In this document: positions 1 through 13,420 of the stretch, piece after piece
How the letters are laid out: each line of letters begins with the position of its first letter
Numbering within the stretch: the first letter of the stretch is position 1
Origin: the human T2T-CHM13v2.0 reference genome, Homo sapiens
Reading direction: 5' to 3' (one strand)
Length of the DNA stretch: 64,000 nt
Assembly: GCF_009914755.1 (NCBI RefSeq)
Contig: NC_060935.1
Notes under the pieces: model-generated
The model's database searches: none
What the model saw: the letters and a program-made list of their open reading frames with translations, nothing else
What the model was told of the DNA's origin: nothing
Position numbers and translations under genes: made by a program

Positions 1-1249
1 ACTGGGAGAAATGGAAACAGTACCCACACTATTGAAAATCTGCACCATCTTAACCAGTTTGTCTGATGATCTTTTAAGCAGACATGAAATATACTAGCAC
101 TGACAAAGAAAACGAAGAGGCTACAGATTTTCACACAGTGCCATGAGGCTTCCTCATCTACAAGAAGCAAAATACCTCTTGCTTATTCATATGGACACAT
201 ATTATTTGACAATCATCCCCCCACATGGAAAATTTGTTTGGTTATTGATAGATGATAGCTGATGCAGCAGTGGGGGAACAAACATTTACACATTATAGCT
301 CAGATGTATAACAGAAGTGAAGTGTCTTCATTTTGAAGCAAATGCACTGAGTTGGCTGCCAAACACCCATTCTGGCATATGGCTGGGGGTGGGGTGGAGA
401 CAGAGTGTTAAAATGCCAATTAGAGGTGAATCATTCTCTTCTGGTTCAAAATGGTCTTTTTTATTTAAAAGTCCCTTTTAGAAAAATATTCAGCCAATTC
501 AAAGGTCAAACTATTTATCAAGGCTGTCGTTCCTCCCTCAGAAGGACTATTTTCCTTTTTTGCAAGACAGCTTCTGGGAACAAGGTAAAGCTCATATATG
601 CTCAGGGAATTGGAGGGGCAGGGGCTCCCATCCATCTGTGGTTGAGGTCCAGATGGAGAGGAGGTATAGGGTTTATTGCACAGCCATTTTATCTTTGCAG
701 GTCTGTCAGCTCCTGTCCCTACCACCTCTGCTTCTAGAACGTTCAGTGTGTGTAGCTCGTGGTCTATTCTTTCAGCATGCCAGGTGGTTCCTGCCTTTCA
801 CCTGAAACTCCCAGCCTCAACTCCTGCGTGCACTTGAGATCTTCTGGGTCTCCTCTACTTTCTCCATCTGGCCTCTGCCTCAGCTGCCCATGCCATGGCC
901 TCCCCAACATGGTTCTCACCACAGGGATGTCACTGGTTCTTGCTCAGCTACATTCCAAGTCCTCTACAAGAAGCAAGCGTGAAATTTTATATCTCTCTCC
1001 ATGCCACCCAGCTAACACAGTATTTAAAAGAGAACAGCAATCTTCAGCACTCTCCCTGCCCAAACATGCCAAATCATGTTTCTCCTCTGCTGTGGTCACT
1101 CCACGTTGGCCTTGGGGCTCCCTATGCACAGATCTCCTTCCTGAAACCAAACAGGTAAGGAGAGTATAAGCTCTCTGTACTTTCATACTCCCTCTCAGTC
1201 TAGCCGAGATTTCTCTCACTCTTTTCATCATCTCCTCTGCATTTCTTCT

Positions 1250-1462
1250 TTAAACAGCTTTAGTGTGGTATAATTCATATGCCGTAAAACTTCCTCATAT
1301 TAAGGATACAGATGATTGCATTTTAGTAAATTTATATTATTGTGCAACCATGATCAGGATGTAGTTTTAGAACATTTGTATCACCTTAAAACATTTTCTC
1401 ATAGCCATCTGAAGTTAATCCTCATTCCAACCTCAGGCTCTAGCAACCACTGCTCTGCTTTC
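1250..1462 (-). mobile_element. L1MB-type LINE-1 3' UTR fragment
   Basis: Matches recalled antisense L1MB 3' end (ttttagaacatt..tcacc...ctagcaaccactgctctgctttc). Confidence 0.65.
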
Positions 1463-1576
1463 AGTGCTGGGAAGGACCTCTACTTCTCATATGCTGGACC
1501 AGATAAGACAGACCAATTCTCCTAATGAGGACAGCTAAAACTCTATATTATATGCGTATTGTATGAGATATACATA

Positions 1577-1616
<40 letters not shown>
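1577..1616. repeat. (TG)13 followed by (TA)7 compound microsatellite
   Basis: Directly visible. Confidence 0.95.
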
Positions 1617-2144
1617 AATTATAATTTGGCTGAAAATTACCAGACCAAAATCTAGGAAAATGGGGGAGCCCAATAAAGTGAGAACAACTTGCAAAACTGC
1701 TTTGGTACAGAGGGCATTTGTCTATATGAAGATATAGCTGTGAGGAGATCTGACATTTTAGTAGCTTCTTAGAATGTGGACAACGAAAGTAAAAGCCAGC
1801 ACCTACCTAAGTAGAAAGTCTGACAAGCACCACCACCCCTTCTTTAAATTAGGGCTGTCTGAAAAAGAGTAAACTGGAATAAGCTACTAGTTTAAGATTA
1901 AACTTTTCTGTAAAAGTTTAATCTCAGGACTTGGAGAACCAGGTGTACAAGGCCACCAACGTCCAAGGAAACAAGACACTTTGAGCTCAAATCCAGAGAA
2001 ATCAGACACAACTGAAATGGAGTCATAAAGACTTCTTATATTGAAATTATCACACATAATATGAAATAATTATGATAAAAGAAATTTTTAAAATCTTTAA
2101 AATATCTGAAAGAAACTAAAAACTACAAAAAGTAATGTGACAAT

Positions 2145-2433
2145 TCTTTTTGAGACAGAGTCTCACTCTGTCACCCATGCTGGAGTGCAGTGGCATGATC
2201 ATAGTTCACTGAAACCTTGAGCTCCTGCATTCAAGCAATCCTCACTTCAGCCTCCCAAGTAAGTCGGACTACAGGCACGCACCACCATGCCCAACTAATT
2301 TTTTAAATTTTGTATAGACACCAGGGTCTGACTAAGTTGCCCAGCCTGGTCTCGAACTCCTGGGCTCAAGCAATCTTCCCACCTTGGCCTCACAAATGTT
2401 GGGATTATGGGCATCAGCCAATGCACCCAGTCC
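2145..2433 (-). mobile_element. AluJ SINE
   Basis: Antisense two-arm Alu (tttgagacagagtctcactctgtcacc...ctcctgggctcaagcaatc); AluJ-type diagnostics. Confidence 0.9.
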
Positions 2434-3764
2434 CAAAAGTGAGCTAACGGCTCACTTTTTAGACAGAGAGCTAACTAGCACTTCTAGATCAGAAAACACA
2501 GTAAGTGAAATTTACAACCCTATTATTCATTTTATCTGGTGTTTTTAGTAACCTTTAACAAATTCTTATCCTTTCTTTCTCCCTGTTAATCTATTACCTA
2601 ATCTTCCCTCAATTTTACTAAACTTTGAAATATGGAAACAGAAGGAAGAAGGATAGCAACATCTCATCAATAAGCTTATCTGCACATAGTGGTGTGTTAA
2701 TGCCCTTCCTACAAATTTACATCCAAACTCTCTATTGAAAGGAAATAAATTAATCTATCTCAAAATCAGGTAGTTGTTCTATATGCATTACATGTTCTTG
2801 TCACATGCCATAGAAAAGACCCATCCTGAGCCAGCTTAAACATAAAAGAAAATCATCCTAACAACACTATCATGGAATTTAAGTACAGAATTGTTACAGG
2901 GCCCCAGAATAAAACTTGAAAAATGAACTCAAATATTATTTCTTCTATAATCTCTCTTCCTCTGCCCACATTTGTTTGTCTCTACTTCTTGGCTTCCTTT
3001 TCAGCCACCAGAAAGAGAATAACCTCATATTTTCATTTCCCAGTCTATCACCTCAAACCTCTGTGGTCAGGAGGCAGGGATTTTACCATTCCCAGAAGGA
3101 GTGGGAGATGGGCAAACAAAATATGAGCTCTTCACTACACAGACAACCCTTGTTAAACTGACAGAAGGTTTATCTGTGGGTTTTATAGGTCTAACCAATT
3201 ATATGAATAAAACTACTATCATTCCTATGGAAATACATAAAATATGTAAAAAATTTTAAAAAAGGAATAAAAGACTTCTGCTTGTGGTTACAGCAAACAA
3301 ATTGATTTAGGTTAACCCTTCCACTTCAGACACGTGAAAAAAACAGGAAGAATTCTTTAAAACTTTTTAAAAGCATTTTTTTTAACTTGAGTGGATACAT
3401 GGTTGTTTGCTCTACTAGTAAGTTGATATAAATTTTTCTGGGGCTGCATATGTATTATAGTTCACAATAAGAAAAGGACATTTCAAAATAACAAAAGAAG
3501 AAAATAATTGTATAATACATAAAGCACTTCTATAAATTTTTAAATATAAAAACGAGCCATCAACCATAACAGAAAATGTCACAAAAATGAAATACAAATC
3601 ACCGATAAACAGATGAAAATATGCTCACCCTTACTATGTAACTTTAAGTAAGAGGTTTTTTAAAATCATCCAACTGGTAAAAATTAAGGAGAGTGATTAC
3701 AGCCAAAGTGGATAAAAATGTGGGTAAATGGACCCTCTGTTTTTGTTTGTGTGTGCGTGTGTGT

Positions 3765-4045
3765 TTTTTTGTTTTTGTTTTTGTTTTTTTACACACAGGC
3801 TCCCAATCATGGGTCACTGCAGCCTCGAACTCCTGGGCTCAAGCATTCTTCCTACCTCAGCCTCTCGAGTAGCTGGGACTACACACATGTGCCACTGGAT
3901 CCAGCTAATTTTCTAATTTTTTTTTGCAGAGATGGGCGTCTGCCTACATTGTCAAGGCTGATCTCAAAATCTTGGCTTCAAGAAATCCTCCTGCCTGAGC
4001 CTCCCAAAGTGCTGGGATTACAGGTGTGAACCACCACACCTGGAG
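3765..4045 (-). mobile_element. AluJ SINE, partly deleted, inside an old L1M fragment (~3600-4500, + strand)
   Basis: cactgcagcctcgaactcctgggctcaagc...cccaaagtgctgggattacaggtgtgaaccacc. Confidence 0.85.
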
Positions 4046-4211
4046 CAGACATTCTCTTAAACATGATTGATAGAGTAGAAACTAATATAGCCATATTAAT
4101 GGATAATTTGACAGTATTGATAAAAAGTAATTCATTACTAGAATTTCAAAAGTATATAACCTTTGATCTAAGAATTCAAATTTATGTATCCATTGCATAG
4201 TTTTGTATTTC

Positions 4212-4241
4212 TTTTTTTGAGATGGAGTCTTGCTCTGTCGC
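4212..4241 (-). mobile_element. Extremely 5'-truncated Alu (~30 bp) with 18-bp TSD
   Basis: tttttttgagatggagtcttgctctgtcgc flanked by gcatagttttgta(t/c)ttct at 4195-4212 and 4240-4257. Confidence 0.8.
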
Positions 4242-6050
4242 ATAGTTTTGTACTTCTAACACATACACAGAAATATATAAGTATTTTCATCACAGCATTG
4301 TTTATAACAAAAGAAGTAGAAATCCATTATTTGTCTATCAATAGAAGAATAAATATTGTAATACAATACTGTGATGCTCTTCCGTAGCAACTCAAAAAAA
4401 AATGAAATTTATCCATATTCATCAGCCTGGAAAGATCACCAAATCATACTTTTAGTTGGAAAATATAAATTGCTAAACAACACCTTTCCATTTATATAGA
4501 AAACCAAAACTACATTAAGATGGAACAAACAGAAAGAGGTGACCCTTGAGATAAGCATTTTAATAATACTGGAGTAAGTAACAGAGTCCTGGGGCAAGTA
4601 TAAGGATTAGAAATATCTCAGCGAGGCCAGGGACAGTATAAAGCTAAAATTCTGGAAGCTATGAAAACAAAAGCAGTACTGAGGGAGTCAACAGTATACC
4701 ATCATCAAAAATATGTTGAAAGTCTACAAGCCCAGATAATGCAATTAAGTACCTATAATTAATTAAAGTCTAGAATTCAGAAAACCCAATGTATCTGAAA
4801 TTGCATTAGAGACACGGACGCAGAAATGAAAAGGTGAGTCTTCCATAGAAATTTGCAAAAGTTCCTGTAACTAGGGAAACTGTGAATGCATTTGTGATCT
4901 GATCCTAGTGAAGACAGGAAAAGGAGAGCAATAGTTCATGGGCTGCTTATACATAGAAAAAATGTTTATTCCACATATATTTATGACAAAACAATGTAAC
5001 TCAACTACATGGGGTAATAATATGCTGTGTTTTGCTGTCCTGTGACCTCTCTCTCAGGCAAGACTACACTCTGAGTTTACTGGCTTCCCCTTTCCTGACC
5101 ACAGTTGTGCATGAGAACAAATCGTTCTATTAGCAAATATCTCACATTTTAAACTTTGAGAAATTGAAGGACTGTCAAAACATACTGAATTCAAAGAGTA
5201 CATCCTCAGCAACCAGAGGAAATTGAAATGACAACAAAATAGTATTTGGTATTTGGTAGAAATGTACAGCAAAAATAAAAGGCTGTTCGCATTTTTATTA
5301 AAAGAATAATTTCTATTCATGAATAGATAATGCAATGGATTATCACACATATCAATAATATATTTAAATGGATTACAAAATCCATCTATTTAGCTGTTTG
5401 TCCTCTATTTTCTTTTTCACTCACACCTACCACTGAAACATGGTACAAGGCACTTTTAAATGAATGCAAAATAAAAATATTTTCTAAAGAAAAAAAAGAG
5501 AGCAAAGAAAACATCTCTTTTGTATCCTTTCTTATCTACCCCTGCTGTACCTCCCTCCTCCTTTTCACCCTTTAAGTAAAATTAAACTTCTGCCTGGTGC
5601 AACTGAGAATCCTTCCCTATAAAATTATCACATTAAGAGATTGATAATACAGAAATATGTGAATACGAAGGAGTATTTGCTAAGTATGGCATGTTTAATG
5701 TTATACCATAGAAAAAAATATACATAAAAATAAGCCTACCCATAATCTCAGTATCCAAAATTGTTACTATTAATATTTTGTGATGTTACTCTCATCTTTT
5801 GCATAATTTACACATATAAAATGGAAGTGCATTATACAGATTTTTGGAAACCTCCTGTTCTCTAAATATAAACCATGAACATTCTAGCCTATTAAATTAA
5901 GTAGACGGCATAATACTCCATAATGCAGATATATCATAATTAATTTGATCATTATCCCTTTTGTTGGATTTGATGTTGTTTCAATTATATTATAAATAAT
6001 GCTGAAGTAAATACTATTTTAACTAAATCTTATATATATATTTCTGATTT

Positions 6051-6185
6051 TTTTTTACTTTTTATTATAATTCACACCAACATGGCACATATATACATAT
6101 GTAACAAACCTGCACATTGTGCACATGTACCCTAGAACTTAAAGTATAATTCTGATTATAATATATATTATAATATATAATAAAG
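6051..6185. mobile_element. Short L1PA 3'-end insertion, body inverted relative to poly(T)
   Basis: Sense L1PA terminal 3' UTR (caccaacatggcac...gaacttaaagtataat) preceded by a T-tract; direct repeat tatatttctgattt at 6037-6050 and 6186-6199. Confidence 0.75.
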
Positions 6186-6659
6186 TATATTTCTGATTTC
6201 TTAAACACAACTTTCAAAAAGTAAAATTACTATATCAAAGATATTATTTTTAAGATTTCTGACACTTGTTACCATTTTGTCCCACAAAAAGCATGTACTG
6301 GTATAAGCTTACCCAAGTAGCTCATAAAAGTACACACCTTTTAAAAAAATCCACCATACTTCATCTCTCCAGCATTGGGCATTATAATCTTTTTAAACTT
6401 TCTGCTAAAATATGATAACATTATTTAAAGTTCTGTTACTTCAGCTATGAGAAAGGTAAAATTATGTTTTTGAAAACTCTTATATGGAGGTGTTTAAATA
6501 TTTTTATTCTACAGGAATACATTACATATTTAACTTAGCTTTTGTTACAATTTATTCTATATCTAATTTGTAGTTCATATTCTGATTGAACATAGTACTT
6601 TTTTATGTACAGAATATTTTAATTTTATATAGTCAATACAATCTTTTTATGTTTCATTT

Positions 6660-6795
6660 GTTTTAGTTTTTTTTTTTTTTTTTTTTACTGACAAGCTGTT
6701 GCCTCTTCTGGAATGCAGCGTTATAATCTTAACTCACTGCAGCCTCAAACTCCGGGGCTTAAGCCATCCCCTCACCTCAGCCTACCAAGTAGCTT
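6660..6795 (-). mobile_element. Alu monomer fragment (FLAM/AluJ-like)
   Basis: Poly(T), then ctcactgcagcctcaaactccggggcttaagccatcc...cctcagcct..aagtagct. Confidence 0.7.
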
Positions 6796-8599
6796 TTTAA
6801 TGTTTTCTTATTATCTCAGAGAGGCCTCCTCCAACCCATATCAAATTAATGTACACTATTCTGTTATTTGAATTACCTTAAGCACACATTAATATTTAGC
6901 TGTTCATCTGAAATATGTAAAAAAAGTTTTGGGTCAAGGGACTATGACCCAAGAACTATTACTTAGCAAAGCCTAAATATTTTAAATATATCATTATTTT
7001 ACTTTATGTTTAAACAAAAGAAAAGTTATTTATTTTGAATGATACATTATCAAAAATCCAAAAAGTACCATTTACAAAGCACAATCCTATTATATCTCAG
7101 AAATGATGGTAAGGTTATCTGAGAGCTTTTGAAAATTTCTGTTACCTGAAATTTAGCAGCATTGAACTCAATTTGTTTTATTCTTACCAATCACAAATGC
7201 CATTTCATAAGAAGAAACAATTACAATCACATTAGAAATATTTTGTTGTCTGCTAATACCTAGATATTAATATCAAATATAATATCGATAAGAAAATATA
7301 TTACATTGATATTATATTCACAAATAATCTATTACATTGATATTATATTCACAAAAGAGCCCTGAGAAGAAAGATGCTAGGTGGCATTTGAAGAAAAAGA
7401 CTGAAGTAAATTGCAGAAACCGTTCTTTTTATTTAATGCAAGCTGAGATCTATATATGTATTCTAATTAGACATCTGCTCCACTCTCATTTTTGATGTTC
7501 CTAGGAAATTATCAGGCAAGCTTCCCCCAATATTATGGACAGGATACTCGGACAAACTCCTCTACTGTGAAATGAGTTCCTGTCCTCTATAAATTATAAC
7601 AATTGTGCTTTTAGATATATTGCTGAGATATTCAGGAAGTAAGTGAAATCTCTAAGGGCAAGAGAGAAACAAAGCAAAGAAAAACACTGAGGCAAAACCT
7701 TAAAGTTTGCATTTTCCTGGGCAACTAACAATATTAGAACTAGGATCTGTGGACTAAACACCCAGGTCTCCAAAACTAAGACCCCCGAATATGGCCAAGA
7801 GTCTTCAGGAGGGAAATGTAGTCTCGGGTCAGTAGCCCTGGCTGCTGGCCTAAGCAATAACTTGCCTACACATCCCACTCTTTGCTGCCTTTGTTTGGCT
7901 TCTCACTGCCTCTGGCTTAGCCTTCAGCCTTTTTTCTTTCTTTTTTTGCCTTTTTTAATGAACACTAGGAAATATTCATGCTGTGCCCAGGAGGTTGCAT
8001 TTGCATCTTTCAAATTCAGCTTCCTTCTTTATCTTTCAAAATACATTCTACTTTCTCTTTGCCTTGTCTATACCACCAAGGTCTCTTGAACTTCTTTCAC
8101 TGAAACAGTTCCATGTCTTTTGGGTATATGTACTTTTCAATCAATTGAGCCCCTTGGATTATTTTTTTTTTCCTTTTTTAAGTTTACTTTGTAAACTATT
8201 AACCATGTGATATCTGAGAGTCTTATCTAGCCAGCATGTGGCAGCACATCACACAGGACATTTTTGTTCAACAATGCCAAGACTGAACAGCTATTTAAGA
8301 TCAGAAAACTGTGATAATGCTTCAATTCACTGAGTTTACTTTTAAAATTGAACAAGTATTTATCGAGCACCTAAAATGAAGTGACATTTTGTTTAAAATA
8401 GGAACATTCAGATGCAAACTGAAATATCCAATCACTAAAATTATGTCTTTACAAACTAAAACATCTGGATGGCTGATGTTAATTTACAATTTTGTTCTGA
8501 ATGTTTAGTATTGCACAGAAGTAGCCCCGTTTCATATTTATATTCACTTTATGTTTTCTGCAAGAGAAAGCTATGTAGTAGTCTATAATTCAGTTTGTA

Positions 8600-9397
<798 letters not shown>

Positions 9398-9463
9398 TGA
9401 ACAAAGAACTCCAGTCAGCAAACCCAGGTGTTCTTTTCTGCTGAACCTGGAAGAAGCTGGCAA

Positions 9464-9676
9464 TCTTTTCACCACCCCTCAATTAGTACCCATAAGCTGA
9501 AACTGATTTAGCATGTGAGGCCATGTTGCCCATTGGAGGGCAATGTTAGGCCATCCCTAACACATGGGGAGGAGAGAATTAGGGACAGCCTAGCATTGCT
9601 CCCTACTAGGTAGCATGGCCTCAGGTTGATAAGTCAATTTTAGCTTATGGGTACTGATGGAGGAGTAGGGAAAAGA
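9464..9676. repeat. Long imperfect inverted repeat (arms ~97 bp, 18-nt loop)
   Basis: Arm 9464-9560 aligns with the reverse complement of 9579-9676; 35/45 identical in the inner part. Confidence 0.9.
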
Positions 9677-9764
9677 ATTCTCTGTTTGGAGAATCCTATC
9701 ACACATGGGGAGGAGAGAGAGAGGCCAAACTAGATTTTGGGTTTATTTCTTTTGTGAGAGCCTG

Positions 9765-9975
9765 CAAAATGTCAGACACTGCTAAGTTTTCTGCATCTTC
9801 ACTCCCATTTGATCCTCACAATGTTAGCATAGAAATATTAGTCTTATTTTACTAACGATTTTTATAAAATGCCGAGAGAAGATACGTAACATAGCTAAGG
9901 ACCTCTAGCTTAGGAGTAGCAGGATCTGAATTTCAGCCCCAGTTTTACTGACTCCAGATCCTGGCTCTTTCCATG
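9765..9975 (-). mobile_element. MIR SINE
   Basis: tttgatcctcacaa...tgactccagatcctggctctttcc, antisense MIR. Confidence 0.65.
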
Positions 9976-10599
9976 CCCCCATTTCTTTAGCAATCAAATA
10001 CTAACTCCTATTATAAGTTTAGAGTAAATTGAATTGCTCTCAAACTTAACCCTTGAATGTGATGTAATGAATTTTATATTAAGTCCATTACATCATAACA
10101 GGTAATAAGAAAGTACTTACAAATCAACTCAAAGAAATATTTTTCAATAGCACTTCAAAACATCTATATTTTCAACCTGCAAAATTCACAAGAGTGGTCT
10201 TATAAACAACATATTTTAAGGTTTTTAAAGTAAACATTTTCTAAATAATTTTTAGAAATTTAGAAACAATGATGTTTATGGCTAAACAAAACAATGACTT
10301 TTAAGGCTAAAAACTTTCCCAATAGCCCATTCCAATAAAAATACAGCTTTTAAGTAATTCTGTATGCTATAATATTGAATGCATAAACTCACTATATTTC
10401 TTAAGACTTTGTCCTCAAAAATAATACATTTAAGAGGGCCTTCAAAATATCTCCTCCTCCACCTGAGCAACAAAATACCAGCTTTAGGATGTATGCTTTG
10501 TCTCTAGTTAAACTTGTTAAACTTGACCTTAAATTTCCCTCTGGACTTCAACGCTTGCTCCTCCCTGCTTGGATATGATTTTTCCTACTGTACTAACGT

Positions 10600-10765
10600 G
10601 TTGATTCATTCATGGACACATATCCATCCATTCACTCATTATTCACTCAGTAAAGCATTCATTCAACAAATATCTGAGTTCCTACTGTGTGCCTATCATG
10701 CTTGTAGATATTGAGGACATAATGATAAACAGTAGTCTCTGCCTTCATGAGGCTTTCCTTAGAAT
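10600..10765 (-). mobile_element. L2 3' end fragment
   Basis: cattcattcaacaaatatctgagttcctactgtgtgcc. Confidence 0.65.
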
Positions 10766-10817
10766 AAGGAAAATTAGCATTAATTCAGAAAAAAAAATAA
10801 ACAATCCATGTTCAGAG

Positions 10818-11215
10818 TGTTGGAGGATACTAGTGCTCATCAATACCCATGATTTGCCTTTTCTTGGGCACAGTACCTAGTCTGTACTTTCCAGCCTCCT
10901 TGAAGCTGCAGCCCAGAGAATGGGGATAAACTAAGTAATAGCCAATGAAATGAAGACAAAAACATTTAAATTAATTTCCAAGTCTGGCATCAGAAACTTC
11001 TCAATGATCCTCTCCATGCCTCTTCTTCGTCTCCTGGATGGAAACAGGGACCCAATGAAGGATTCCTAGAGTGTGAAGCCACCAGATGGAAAGAATCTGG
11101 ATCCCTAAAACACAGGAAAGATCACTCAGTCGTCCAACAACTATGACATGAGTGAGAAAAAAACATGGATTCTGGTAAGCCACTGAGATTTTGAACTTTT
11201 GTTTTCTTACACTAT
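10818..11215 (+). mobile_element. MLT1J-like MaLR solo LTR
   Basis: tttccagcctccttgaag...gatggaaagaatctggatccct...taagccactgagatttt. Confidence 0.6.
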
Positions 11216-11997
11216 CCACGGTCTGATGCCCCCTTTTTCAGCCTTTTTGTTATCAGAGCACCCATCTTCAAAAATGCTGTTTATATTAGCGTAAGAAAGC
11301 AGGCTGGATGACTGGAAATCCATGTTATGTCATAGCAAAGCATTTGATAAATGATTGCCTAAGAGAACTTTGAAGGCACACGATAAGCATACTAAGCTTA
11401 TAGCTCTACTCAAAAACATTGAAAAACAGAATCTTAGTAGGGTGTGGTGGTGGTTACTTGTTGCATTTGGCAAAGTCTCATTTTTAAAAAAGAAAGACAT
11501 GAGCTCAGAGAATTGGCTAGTATGCAGTAGAAATGTAAAGAAATATGAATAATTCAAACATAGAGGTCTCTGCATCATCATCCCAACGGAGATCAGTGAG
11601 ATTAAAATGTATTTGCTTCTCCCACCATCAGTCCTGGCCTACGGAGGGGAGCCACCACTTAAGTTCTTAGTGATGATGGTGCCCCTCTCACCAGACCATT
11701 CCCTCAAACCCTAGTAAATAGTGTAACTTCTGAACCTTCCCATGAAATAAAATCACCTGCTGTGTTTTCTGGACTTACGTAACATTTCCATTCTGGCATC
11801 GCCACTTCTCTGTGCCTTTCATTTCCTTCTTCTACCATCTACTATGACAAATTCTAGACATCACTCTTTTTCATATTTCAAGGAACATATTGGACTTCAA
11901 GTTTGCATTTTTCCTTTCATATCTGTCAAGTTTGTCCTTTAAGGCTCAATCTTTCTTCCAATGATGTATTTTATTTCTTCAGTTTAACCAAGCTATC

Positions 11998-12518
11998 TGT
12001 CTTTAGTTTCCCCAGAAGCAGACCTTGAGACAAAGTGAATACAACTTTATTTAGCAGCTGATTCCAAGAAGCACCAGAAAGAGATTGGAGAAGTGCAACA
12101 AGAAAGGGAAGAAAGCCAACACTGGGTTCAGTCATGAACATATGACCTCTATGGGCATCAGGGGCTCAATCTTGCTGGGTTTAGGTGTAGTGTTTGTAAC
12201 TATTCCTCAGAAATGTCACACGCAGAAGTAAGGAAGATGGGAGTTTATCCTCCCACTCCTGTCCATCATTGGTTGTGGGAGCTATTAGGTTGGTGCAAAA
12301 GTAATGGCGGTTTGGGCCATATTTTTAATGGAAAAACCACAATTATTTTGCACCAACCTAGTACCTCCTGAGGAGCAACTCACTGGTGTTTCCTATCTAC
12401 TCTACTTTCACAGAGAAAACCCTCAGTGTTGCAGGGTCTTGCAGAAAGAAAGCATTGTGTATAAGGTAATACCAGGGCTGATGAGATAGGAGTGGGGCAC
12501 TGGCAGAGTCTGCTTCAG
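11998..12518 (-). mobile_element. ERVL LTR (LTR16/LTR33-like), interrupted by MADE1
   Basis: ccccagaagcagaccttgagacaa...tttatt...aagggaagaaagccaa; followed by a PPT-like cagtctacccc. Confidence 0.65.
12285..12361. mobile_element. MADE1 (Hsmar1-derived MITE)
   Basis: TIRs ttaggttggtgcaaaagtaat / attattttgcaccaacctag, with TA dinucleotides on both sides. Confidence 0.92.
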
Positions 12519-13249
12519 TCTACCCCATTCACTGTTCAGATCCACTAACAATGATATCAAAGAGGCAGATATTCCAGCCAGGGAGAAATATAAAGGCCCT
12601 GAGTAAGGCCTCACTCTCTAAACTTGCTTCCTTCTCACCAGCTAGGCTCCAGCAACTTTTCCACATCCATTCATAATCCCAGCCTGGACCTTTTGTAGGT
12701 TTTTCTTGTCTACTACTACTGTCTAGGTAATGACATCTTACAGAGTCTATAATGCTGTGCTGTTGAGATAGACCATTGTCTCTGTTTCAATGAAAGTCAA
12801 AGGAATAGCATGATAGGGAAAAACAAAAAACAAAAATCTGATGAGCCTACTAATTCTGCAGAAGCAGCCCACAGTTTTCATAGATATGTTTATCTATATG
12901 CAGAAAGCTTTAAGAACTTTCAAGTGAATTCCATGTTGAACCTCAATCTCTTTATTATTAATGTCATTGTTGACTTTGAATTCCTATGGTTTGCTCATTC
13001 AATGCTGTTATAGTCCTCCATAGACCTCAAAGATAGAAAACTGCCATAAGCTTCTACCAGGACTTGCAATTGACTTTTTAATGACTAAGTCTGACGATGT
13101 CAACTCTACAGGGGAGGGTACATGCCATAATGATTTAGAGACATTGAGTTAATATGAATATCAGGCTGTTTCTCTTCTCCCAACTCTTAAGTGTTGTTTT
13201 CTGAAGTATTCCAGACGTCTACCAACACACTGGCTCAAGGCAGGCTCTT

Positions 13250-13420
13250 CTGTACCCATAGCTTCAACTGTGCTCTACATATGAATGGCTTCCAAACTGC
13301 TAATCTCTACTTCTGTCTTTCTCTTGTCACCCAAATCTGCATAATCTCCTCCAGATAGGTGCCTCCTGGTCATCTCAAATTAATATGTGCAAAACAGAAT
13401 ACTTCTTCTTCCTCAGTATC
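13250..13420 (+). mobile_element. L2 fragment
   Basis: catctcaaattaatatgtgcaaaacagaa, typical of L2. Confidence 0.5.

Noticed and set aside
405-1231. Cluster of overlapping 80-136 aa ORFs
   Set aside because: No recognisable protein similarity or exon structure; consistent with chance in a locally GC-richer patch.
7299-7355. 26-bp direct repeat with 31-bp period
   Set aside because: Ordinary AT-rich slippage duplication.
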